DNA from: the human T2T-CHM13v2.0 reference genome, Homo sapiens
Assembly: GCF_009914755.1 (NCBI RefSeq)
Contig: NC_060945.1
Reading direction: 5' to 3' (one strand)
DNA: 64,000 bases
A program made the position numbers and the translations under genes. Within the stretch, counting starts at the first letter, position 1; the number at the start of each line of letters is the position of its first letter. Of this stretch, positions 48,771-63,200 are shown in pieces. The notes under the pieces are model-generated. The model had not been told where the DNA came from. It worked only from the letters and a program-made list of their open reading frames with translations, and did no database searches.

Positions 48771-49350
48771 ATATGAAAGTACATCAAATATAGATTATAT
48801 ACTGTACATTAAATACCAAAGTACCCCAAATATATATTTTATACTGTACATGAAATATCAAAGTTCACAAACTATATATTATATACTGTACATAAAATAT
48901 CAAAGTACCCAAGGTATATATTCTATACTGTACAAAAAATATCAAAGTACCCAAAGCATGTATTATATACTGTACCTAAAATATGAAAGTACATCAAATA
49001 TATATTTTATTCTGTACATAAAATATCAAAGTACACCAGATATATATTCTATAGTGTACATAAAATATCAAAGTACCCAAACTATACATTATATACTGTA
49101 CATAAAATATGAAATTACATCAAATATATTTTATATTAGGTACATAAAATATGAAAGTACATCAAATATAGATTATATACTGTACATTAAATACCAAAGT
49201 ACCCCAAATATATATTTTATGCTGTACATGAAATATCAAAGTTCACAAACTATATATTATATACTGTACATAAAATATCAAAGTACCCAAGGTATATATT
49301 CTATACTGTACAAAAAATATCAAAGTACCCAAAGCATGTATTATATACTG
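48771..49350 (+). repeat. Duplicate of window positions 1-~580 (offset 48,770 bp)
   Basis: Shared markers TGTACCTAAA (201/48971), AATATATTTTATATTAGG and TTTTATGCTGTAC (451/49221). Confidence 0.85.
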
Positions 49351-51223
49351 TACATAAAATATGAAAGTACACCAAATATATATTTTATTCTTTACATAAA
49401 ATACCAAAGTACACCAGATATATATTCTATAGTGTACATAAAATAACAAAGTACACAAACTATAAATTATATACTGTACATAAAATATAAAATTACATCA
49501 AATATATATTAGGTACATAAAATATGAAAGTACATCAAATATAGATTATATACTGTACATAAAATATCAATGTACCGCAAATATATATTTTATACTCTAC
49601 ATGAAATATCAAAGTTCACAAACCATATATTATATACTGTACATAAAATATCAAAGTACCCAAGGTATATATTCTATACTGTACAAAAAATATCAAAGTA
49701 CCCAAAGCATGTATTATATACTGTACATAAAATATGAAAGTACACCAAATATATATTTTATTCTGTACATAAAATATCAAAGTACACCAGATATATATTC
49801 TATAGTGTACATAAAATATCAAAGTACCCAAACTATACATTATATACTGTACATAAAATATGAAATTACATCAAATATATATTAGGTACATAAAATATGA
49901 AAGTACATCAAATATAGATTATATACTGTACATAAAATATCAATGTACAACTAATATATATTTTATACTCTACATGAAATATCAAAGTTCACAAACTATA
50001 TATTATATAATGTACATAAAATATCAAAGTACCCAAGGTATATATTCTATACTGTACAAAAAATATCAAAGTACCCAAAGCATGTATTATATACTGTACA
50101 TAAAACATGAAAGTACATCAAATATATATTTTATTCTGTACATAAAATATCAAAGTACACCAGATATATATTCTATAGTGTACATAAAATATCAAAGTAC
50201 CCAAACTATACATTATATACTGTACATAAAATATGAAATTACATCAAATATATATTATATTAGGTACATAAAATATGAAAGCACATGAAATATAGATTAT
50301 ATACTGTACATTAAATACCAAAGTACCCCAAATATATATTTTATACTGTACATGAAATATCAAAGTTCCCAAACTATATATTATATACTGTACATAAAAT
50401 ATCAAATACCCAAGGTATATATTCTATACTGTACAAAAAATATCAAAGTACCCAAAACATGTATTATAAACTGTACATAAAATATGAAAGTACATCAAAT
50501 ATATATTTTATTCTGTACATGAAATATCAAAGTACACCACATATATATTCTATAGTGTACATAAAATATCAAAGTACCCAAACTATACATTATATACTCT
50601 ACATAAAATATGAAATTACATCCAATATATATTATATTAGGTACATAAAATATGAAAGTACATCAAATATAGATTATATACTGTACATTAAATACCCAAG
50701 TACCCCAAATATATATTTTGTACTGTACATGAAATATCAAAGTTCACAAACTATGTATTATATACTGTACATAAAATATCAAAGTACCCAAGGTATATAT
50801 TCTATACTGTACAAAAAATATCAAAGTACCCAAAGCATGTATTATATACTGTACATAAAATATGAAAGTACATCAAATATATATTTAATTCTGTACATAA
50901 AATATCAAAGTACACCAGATATATATTCTATAGTGTACATAAAATATCAAAGTACCCAAACTATACATTATATACTGTACATAAAATATGAAATTACATC
51001 AAATATATATTAGGTACATAAAATATGAAAGTACATCAAATATAGATTATATACTGTACATAAAATATCAAAGTACCCCAAATATATATTATATACTCTA
51101 CATGAAATATCAAATTTCACAAACTATATATTATATACTGTACATAAAATATCAAAGTACCCAAGGTATATATTCTATACTGTACAAAAAATATCAAAGT
51201 ACCCAAAGCATGTATTATATACT

Positions 51224-54200
51224 GTATATAAAATATGAAAGTACATTAAAGATATATTTTATTCTGTACATAAAATATCAAAGTACACCAGATATATATT
51301 CTATAGTGTACATAAAATAACAAAGTACACAAACTATAAATTATATACTGTACATAAGATATGAAATTACATCAAATATATATTAGGTACATAAAATATG
51401 AAAGTACATCAAAAATAGATTATATACTGTACATATAATATCAAGGTACCCCAAATATATATTTTATACTCTACATGAAATATCAAAGTTCACAAATCAT
51501 ACATTATATACTGTACATAAAATATCAAAGTACCCAAGGTATATATTCTATACTGTACAGAAAATATCAAAGTACCCAAAGCATGTATTATATACTGTAC
51601 ATAAAATATGAAAGTACATCAAATATATATTTTATTCTGTACATAAAATATCAAAGTACACCAGATATATATTCTATAGTGTACATAAAATATCAAAGTA
51701 CCCAAACTATACATTATATACTGTACATAAAATATGAAATTACATCAAATATATATTAGGTACATAAAATATGAAGGTACATCAAATATAGATTATATAC
51801 TGTACATATAATATCAATGTACCCCTAATATATATTTTATACTCTACATGAAATATCAAAGTTCACAAACCATACATTATATACTGTACATAAAATATCA
51901 AAGTACCCAAGGTATATATTCTATACTGTACAAAAAATATCAAAGTACCCAAAGCACGTATTATATACTGTACATAAAATATGAAATTACATCAAATATA
52001 TATTATATTAGGTACATAAAATATGAATGTACATCAAATATAGATTATATACTGTCCATAAAATATCAAAGTACCCAAGGTATATATTCTATACTGTACA
52101 AAAAATATCAAAGTACCCAAAGCATGTATTATATACTGTACATAAAATATGAAAGTACATCAAATGTATATTTTATTCTGTACATAAAATATCAAAGTAC
52201 ACCAGATATATATTCTATAGTGTGCATAAAATAACAAAGTACACACACTATAAATTATATACTGTACATAAAATATGAAATTACATCAAATATATATTAG
52301 GTACATAAAATATGAAAGTACATCAAATATAGATTTTATACTGTACATAAAATATCAATGTACCCCAAATATATATTTTATACTCTACATGAAATATCAA
52401 AGTTCACAAACCATATATTATATACTGTACATATAATATCAAAGTACCCAAGGTATATATTCTATACTGTACAAAATATATCAAAGTACCCAAAGCATGT
52501 ATTATATACTGTACATAAAATATGAAAGTACATCAAATATATATTTTATTCTGTACATAAAATATCAAAGTACACCAGATATATATACTATAGTGTACAT
52601 AAAATATCAAAGTACCCAAACTATACATTATATACTGTACATAAAATATGAAATTACATCAAATATATATTAGGTACATAAAATATGAAAGTACATCAAA
52701 TATAGATTATATACTGTACATAAAATATCAAAGTACCCCAAATATATATTATATACTCTACATGAAATATCAAAGTTCACAAACTATATATTATATACTG
52801 TACATAAAATATCAAAGTACCGAAGGTATATATTCTATACTGTACAAAAAATATCAAAGTACCCAAAGCATGTATTATATACTGTATATAAAATAAGAAA
52901 GTACATTAAATATATATTTTATTCTGTACATAAAATATCAAAGTACACCAGATATATATTCTATAGTGTACATAATATAACAAAGTACACAAACTATAAA
53001 TTATATACTGTACATAAAATATGAAATTACATCAAATATATATTAGGTACATAAAATATGAAAGTACATCAAATATAGATTATATACTGTACATATAATA
53101 TCAATGTACCCCAAATATATATTTTATACTCTACAGGAAATATCAAAGTTCACAAACCATACATTATATACTGTACATAAAATATCAAAGTACCCAAGGT
53201 ATATATTCTATACTGTACAGAAAATATCAAAGTACCCAAAGCATGTATTATATACTGTACATAAAATATGAAAGTACATCAAATATATATTTTATTCTGT
53301 ACATAAAATATCAAAGTACACCAGATATATATTCTATAGTGTACATAAAATATCAAAGTACCCAAACTATACATTATATACTGTACATAAAATATGAAAT
53401 TACATCAAATATATATTAGGTACATAAAATATGAAAGTACATCAAATATAGATTGTATACTGTGCATTAAATATCAAAGTACCCCAAATATATATTATAT
53501 ACTCTACATGAAATATCAAAGTTCGCAAACTATATATTATATACTGTACATAAAATATCAAAGTACCCAAGGTATATATTCTATACTGTACAAAAAATAT
53601 CAAAGTACCCAAAGCATGTATTATATACTGTACATAAAATATGAAAGTACATCAAATATATATTTTATTCTGTACATAAAATATCAAAGTACACCAGATA
53701 TATATTCTATAGTGTACATAAAATATCAAAGTACCCAAACTATACATTATATACTGTACATAAAATATGAAATTACATCAAATATATATTATATTAGGTA
53801 CATAAAATATGAAAGTACAGCAAATATAGATTATATACTGTCCATAAAATATCAAAGTCCCCAAGGTATATATTCTATACTGTACAAAAAATATCAAAGT
53901 ACCCAAATCTTGTATTATATACTGTATATAACATATGAAAGTACATCAAATATATATTTTATTCTGTACATAAAATATCAAAGTACACCAGATATATATT
54001 CTATAGTGTACATAAAATAACAAAGTACACAAACTATAAATTATATACTGTACATAAAATATGAAATTACATCAAATATATATTAGGTACATAAAATATG
54101 AAAGTACATCAAATATAGATTATATACTGTACATAAAATATCAATGTACCCCAAATATATATTTTATACTCTACATGAAATATCAAAGTTCACAAACCAT

Positions 54201-57200
54201 ATATTATATACTGTACATAAAATATCAAAGTACCCAAGGTATATATTCTATACTGTACAAAAAATATCAAAGTACCCAAAGCATGTATTATATACTATAC
54301 ATAAAATATGAAATTACATCAAATATATATTTTATTCTGTACATAAAATATCAAAGTACACCAGATATATATTCTATAGTGTACATAAAATATCAAAGTA
54401 CCCAAACTACAAATTTTATACTTTACATAAAATATGAAATTACATGAAATATATATTAGGTACATAAAATATGAATGTACATCAAATATAGATTATATAC
54501 TGTACATAAAATATCAAAGTACCCCAAATATATATTATATACTCTACATGAAATATCAAAGTTCACAAACCATATATTATATACTCTACATAAAATATCA
54601 AAGTACCCAAGGTATATATTCTATACTGTACAAAAAATATCAAAGTACCCAAAGCATGTATTATATACTGTACATAAAATATGAAAGTATATCAAATATA
54701 TATTTTATTGTGTACATAAAATATCAAAGTACACCAGATATATATTCTATAGTGTACATAAAATATCAAAGTACACAAACTATAAATTATATACTGTACA
54801 TAAAATATGAAATTACATCAAATATATATTAGGTACATAAAATATGAAAGTACATCAAATATAGATTATATACTGAACATATAATATCAATGTACCCCAA
54901 ATATATATTATATACTCTACATGAAATATCAAAGTACAGAAACCATACATTATATACTGTACATAAAATATCAAAGTACCCAAAGTATATATTCTATACT
55001 GTACAAAAAATATCAAAGTACCCAAAGCATGTATTATATACTGTACATAAAATATGAAATTACATCAAATATATATTTTATTCTGTACATAAAATATCAA
55101 AGTACACCAGATATATATTCTATAGTGTACATAAAATATCAAAGTACCCAAACTATACATTATATACTGTACATAAAATATGAAATTACATGAAATATAT
55201 ATTAGGTACATAAAATATGAAAGTACATCAAATATAGATTATATACTGTATATAAAATATCAAAGTACCCCAAATATATATTATATACTCTACATGAAAT
55301 ATCAAATTTCACAAACTATATATTATATACTGTACATAAAATATCAAAGTACCCAAGGTATATATTCTATACTGTACAAAAAATATCAAAGTACCCAAAG
55401 CATGTATTATATACTGTATAAAATATGAAAGTACATTAAAGATATATTTTCTTCTGTACATAAATTATCAAAGTACACCAGATATATATTCTATAGTGTA
55501 CATAAAATAACAAAGTACACAAACTATAAATTATACACTGTACATAAAATATGAAATTACATCAAATATATATTAGGTACATAAAATATGAAAGTACATC
55601 AAATATAGATTATATACTGTACATATAATATCAATGTACCCCAAATATATATTTTATACTCTACAGGAAATATCAAAGTTCACAAACCATACATTATATA
55701 CTGTACATAAAATATCAAAGTACCCAAGGTATATATTCTATACTGTACAGAAAATATCAAAGTACCCAAAGCATGTATTATATACTGTACATAAAATATG
55801 AAAGTACATCAAATATATATTTTATTCTGTACATAAAATATCAAAGTACACCAGATATATATTCTATAGTGTACATAAAATATCAAAGTACCCAAACTAT
55901 ACATTATATACTGTACATAAAATATGAAATTACATCAAATATATATTAGGTACATAAAATATGAAAGTACATCAAATATAGATTGTATACTGTGCATTAA
56001 ATATCAAAGTACCCCAAATATATATTATATACTCTACATGAAATATCAAAGTTCACAAACTATATATTATATACTGTACATAAAATATCAAAGTACCCAA
56101 GGTATATATTCTATACTGTACAAAAAATATCAAAGTACCCAAAGCATGTATTATATACTGTACATAAAATATGAAAGTACATCAAATATATATTTTATTC
56201 TGTACATAAAATATCAAAGTACACCAGATATATATTCTATAGTGTACATAAAATATCAAAGTACCCAAACAATACATTATATACTGTACATAAAATATGA
56301 AATTACATCAAATATATATTATATTAGGTACATAAAATATGAAAGTACAGCAAATATAGATTATATACTGTCCATAAAATATCAAAGTCCCCAAGGTATA
56401 TATTCTATACTGTACAAAAAATATCAAAGTACCCAAATCTTGTATTATATACTGTATATAACATATGAAAGTACATCAAATATATATTTTATTCTGTACA
56501 TAAAATATCAAAGTACACCAGATATATATTCTATAGTGTACATAAAATAACAAAGTACACAAACTATAAATTATATACTGTACATAAAATATGAAATTAC
56601 ATCAAATATATATTAGGTACATAAAATATGAAAGTACATCAAATATAGATTATATACTGTACATAAAATATCAATGTACCCCAAATATATATTTTATACT
56701 CTACATGAAATATCAAAGTTCACAAACCATATATTATATACTGTACATAAAATATCAAAGTACCCAAGGTATATATTCTATACTGTACAAAAAATATCAA
56801 AGTACCCAAAGCATGTATTATATACTATACATAAAATATGAAATTACATCAAATATATATTTTATTCTGTACATAAAATATCAAAGTACACCAGATATAT
56901 ATTCTATAGTGTACATAAAATATCAAAGTACCCAAACTACAAATTTTATACTTTACATAAAATATGAAATTACATCAAATATATATTAGGTACATAAAAT
57001 ATGAATGTACATCAAATATAGATTATATACTGTACATAAAATATCAAAGTACCCCAAATATATATTATATACTCTACATGAAATATCAAAGTTCACAAAC
57101 CATATATTATATACTGTACATAAAATATCAAAGTACCCAAGGTATATATTCTATACTGTACAAAAAATATCAAAGTACCCAAAGCATGTATTATATACTG

Positions 57201-60200
57201 TACATAAAATATGAAAGTATATCAAATATATATTTTATTGTGTACATAAAATATCAAAGTACACCAGATATATATTCTATAGTGTACATAAAATATCAAA
57301 GTACCAAAACTATACATTATATACTGTACATAAAATATGAAATTACATCAAATATATATTATATTAGGTACATAAAATATGAAAGTATATCAAATATAGA
57401 TTATATACTGTACATAAAATATGAAAGTACCCCAAATATATATTACATACTCTACATGAAATATCAAAGTTCACAAACTATATATTATATACTGTACATA
57501 AAATATCAAAGTACCCAAGGTATATATTCTATATTGTACAAAAAATATCAAAGTACCCAAAGCATCTGTTATATACTGTATATAAAATATGAAAGTACAT
57601 AAAATATATATTTTATTCTGTACATAAAACATCAAAGTACACCAGATATATATTCTATAGTGTACATAAAATATCAAAGTACACAAACTATACATTATAT
57701 ACTGTACATAAAATATGAAATTACATCAAATATATATTAGGTACATAAAATATGAAAGTACATCAAACATAGATTATACACTGTACATAAAATATCAAAG
57801 TACCCGAAATATATATTATATACTGTACATGAAATATCAAAGTTCACAAACTATATATTATATACTGTACATAAAATATCAAAGTACCCAAGGTATATGT
57901 TCTATACTGTACAAAAAATATCAAAGTACCCAAAGCATGTATTATATACTGTACATAAAATATGAAAGTACATCAAATATATATTTTATTCCGTACATAA
58001 AATATCAAAGTACACCAGATATATATTCTATAGTGTACATAAAATATCAAAGTTCCCAAACTATACATTATATAATGTACATAAAATATGAAATTACATC
58101 AAATATATATTAGGTACATAAAATATGAAAGTACATCAAATATAGATTATATACTGTACATAAAATATCAAAGTACCCCAAATATATTTTATATACTGTA
58201 CATGAAATATCAAATTTCACAAACTATATATTATATACTGTACATAAAATATCAAAGTACCCAAGGTATATATTCTATACTGTACAAAAAATATCAAAGT
58301 ACCCAAAGCATGTATTATATACTGTACATAAAATATGAAAGTACATCAAATATGTATTTTATTCTGTACATAGAATATCAAAGTACACCAGATATATATT
58401 CTATAGTGTACATAATATAACAAAGTACATAAACTATACATTATATACTGTACATAAAATATGAAATTACATCAAATATATATTAGGTACATAAAATATG
58501 AAAGTACATCAAATATAGATTATATACTGTACATAAAATATCAAAGTACCCCAAATATATATTATATAATGTACATGAAATATCAAAGTTCACAAACCAT
58601 ATATTATATACTGTACATAAAATATCAAAGTACCCAAGGTATATATTCTATACTGTACAAAAAATATCAAAGTACCCAAAGCATGTATTATATACTGTAC
58701 ATAAAATATGAAATTACATCATATATATATTTTATTCTGTACATAAAATATCAAAGTACACCAGATATATATTCTATAGTGTACATAAAATATCAAAGTA
58801 CCCAATCTATACATTATATACTGTACATAAAATATGAAATTACATCAAATATATATTAGGTACATAAAATATGTATGTACATCAAATATAGATTATATAC
58901 TGTACATAAAATATCAAAGTACCCTAAATATATATTATATACTCTACAAGAAATATCAAAGTTCACACACTATATATTATATACTGTACATAAAATATCA
59001 AAGTACCCAAGGTATATATTGTATACTGTACAAAAAATATCAAAGAACCCAAACCATGTATTATATACTGTACATAAAATATGAAAGTACATCAAATATA
59101 TATTTTATTCTCTATATAAAATATCAAAGTACACCAGATATATATTCTATAGTGTACATAAAATAACAAAGTACGCAAACTATACATTATATACTGTACA
59201 TAAAATATGAAATTACATCAAATATATATTAGGTACATAAAATATGAAAGTACATCAAATATAGATTATATACTGTACATAAAATATCAATGTACCCCAA
59301 ATATATATTTTATACTCTACATGAAATATCAAAGTTCACAAACCATATATTATTTACTGTACATAAAACATCAAAGTACCCAAGGTATATATTCTATACT
59401 GTACAAAAAATATCAAAGTACCCAAAGCATGTATTATATACTGTACATAAAATATGAAAGTATATCAAATATATATTTTATTCTGTACATAAAATATCAA
59501 AGTACACCAGATATATATTCTATAGTGTACATAAAATAACAAAGTACACAAACTATAAATTATATACTGTACATAAAATATGAAATTACATCAAATATAT
59601 ATTAGGTACATAAAATATGAAAGTACATCAAATATAGATTATATACTGTACATAAAATATCAATGTACCCCAAATATATTTTTTATACTCTACATGAAAT
59701 ATCAAAGTTCACAAACCATATATTATATACTGTACATAAAATATCAAAGTACCCAAGGTATATATTCTATACTGTACAAAAAATATCAAAGTACCCAAAG
59801 CATGTATTATATACTGTACATAAAATATGAAAGTACATCAAATATATATTTTATTCTGTACATAAAATATCAAAGTACACCAGATATATATTCTATAGTG
59901 TACATAAAATATCAAAGTACCCAAACTATACATTATATACTGTACATAAAATATGAAATTACATCAAATATATATTAGGTACATAAAATATGAAAGTACA
60001 TCAAATATAGATTATATACTGTACATAAAATATCAAAGTACCCCAAATATACATTATATACTCTACATGAAATATCAAAGTTCACAAACTATATATTATA
60101 TACTGTACATAAAATATCAAGGTACCCAAGGTATATATTCTATACTGTACAAAAAATATCAAAGTACCCAAAGCATTTATTATATACTGTACATAAAATA

Positions 60201-63200
60201 TGAAAGTACATCAAATATATATTTTATTCTGTACATAAAATATCAAAGTACACCAGATATATATTCTATAGTGTACATAAAATATCAAAGTACCCAAACT
60301 ATACATTATATACTGTACATAAAATATGAGATTACATCAAATATATATTATATTAGGTACATAAAATATGAAAGTACATCAAATATAGATTATATACTGT
60401 ACATAATATATCAAAGTACCCCAAATATATATTATATACTCTACATGAAATATCAAAGTTCAAACACTATATATTATATACTGTACATAAAATATCAAAG
60501 TACCCAAGGTATGTATTCTATACTGTACAAAAAATATCAAAGTACCCAAAGCATGTATTATATACTGTACATAAAATATGAAAGTACATCAAATATATAT
60601 TTTATTCTGTACATAAAATATCAAGGAACACCAGATATATATTCTATAGTGTACATAAAATATCAAAGTACACAAACTATACATTATATACAGTACATAA
60701 AATATGAAATTACATCAAATATATATTAGGTACATAAAATATGAAAGTACATCAAATATAGATTATATACTGTACATAAAATATCAAAGTACCCCAAATA
60801 TATATTATATACTGTACATGAAATATCAAAGTTCACAAACTATATATTATATACTGTACATAATATATCAAAGTACCCAAGTTATATATTCTATACTGTA
60901 CAAAAAATATCAAAGTACCCAAAGCATGTATTATATACTGTACATAAAATATGAAAGTACATCAAATATATATTTTATTCTGTACATAAAATATCAAGGT
61001 ACACCAGATATATATTCTATAGTGTACATAAAATAACAAAGTACACAAACTATAAATTATATACTGTACATAAAATATGAAATTACATCAAATATATATT
61101 AGGTACATAAAATATGAAAGTTCATCAAATATAGATTATATACTGTACATAAAATATCAATGTACCCCAAATATATATCTTATACTCTACATGAAATATC
61201 AAAGTTCACAAACCATATATTGTATACTGTACATAAAATATCAAAGTACCCAAGGTATGTATTCTATACTGTACAAAAAATATCAAAGTACCCAAAGCAT
61301 GTATTACATACTGAACATTAAATATGAAAGTACATCAAATATATATTTTATTCTGTACATAAAATATCAAAGTACACCAGATATATATTCTATAGTGTAC
61401 ATAAAATATCAAAGTACCCAAACTATACATTATATACTGTAAATAAAATATGAAATTACATCAAATATATTTTATATTAGGTACCTAAAATATGAAAGTA
61501 CATCAAATATAGATTATATACTGTGCATTAAATACCAAAGTACCCGAAATATATATTTTATACTGTACATGAAATATCAAAGTTCACAATCTATATATTA
61601 TATACTGTACATAAATTATCAAAGTACCCAAGGTGTATATTCTATACTCTACAAAAAATATCAAAGTACCCAAAGCATGTATTATATACTGTACATAAAA
61701 TATGAAAGTACATCAAATATATATTTTATTCTGTACATAAAATATCAAAGTACACCAGATATATATTCTATAGTGTACATAAAATATCAAAGTACCCAAA
61801 CTATACATTATATACTGTACATAAAATATGAAATTACATCAAATATATTTTATATTAGGTACAAAAAATATGAAAGTACATAAAATATAGATTATATACT
61901 GTACATTAAATACGAAAGTACCCCAAATATATATTTTATACTGTACATGAAATATCAAAGTTCACAAACTATATATTATATACTGTACAAATAATATCAA
62001 AGTACCCAAGGTATATATTCTATACTGTACCAAAAATAACAAAGTACCAAAAGCATGTATTATATACTGTACCTAAAATATGAATGTACATCAAATATAT
62101 ATTTTATTCTGTACATAAAATATCAAAGTACACCAGATATATATTCTATAGTGTACATAAAATATCAAAGTACCCAAACTATACATTATATACTGTACAT
62201 AAAATATGAAATTACATCAAATATATATTATATTAGGTACATAAAATATGAAAGTACATCAAATATAGATTATATACTGTACATAAAATATCAAGGTACC
62301 CCACATATATATTATATACTCTACATGAAATATCAAAGTTCACAAACTATATATTATATACTGTACATAAAATATCAAAGTACCCAAGGTATATATTCCA
62401 TACTGCACAAAAAATTTCAAAGTACCCAAAGCATGTATTATATACTGTATATAAAATATGAAAGTACATCAAATATATATTTTATTCTGTACATAAAATA
62501 TCAAAGTACACCAGATATATATTCTATAGTGTACATAAAATAACAAAGTACACAAACTATAAATTATATACTGTACATAAAATATGAAATTACATCAAAT
62601 ATATATTAGGTACATAAAATATGAAAGTACATCAAATATAGATTATATACTGTACATAAAATATCAATGTACCCCAAATATATATTTTATACTCTACATG
62701 AAATATCAAAGTTCACAAACTATATATTATATACTATACATAAAATATCAAAGTACCCAAGGTATATATTCTATACTATACAAAAAGTATCAAAGTACCC
62801 AAAGCATGTATTATATACTGTACATAAAATATGAAAGTACATCAAATATATATTTTATTCTGTACATAAAATATCAAAGTACACCAGATATATATTCTAT
62901 AGTGTACATAAAATATCAAAGTACCCAAACTATACATTATATACTGTACATAAAATATGAAATTACATCAAATATATTTTATATTAGGTACATAAAATAT
63001 GAAAGTACATCAAATATAGATTATATACTGTACATTAAATACCAAAGTACCCCAAATATATATTTTATACTGTACATGAAATATCAAAGTTCACAAACTA
63101 TATATTATATACTGTACATATAATATTAAAGTACCCAAGGTATATATTCTATACTGTACAAAAAATAACAAAGTACCAAAAGCATGTATAATATACTGTA

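Noticed and set aside
6827-57695. Short - strand ORFs (6827-7051, 49243-49458, 49616-49840, 57471-57695) resembling hydrophobic membrane peptides
   Set aside because: They are chance loss of the TGA in the reverse complement of ACATCAAAT within the same satellite, not inversions or genes.
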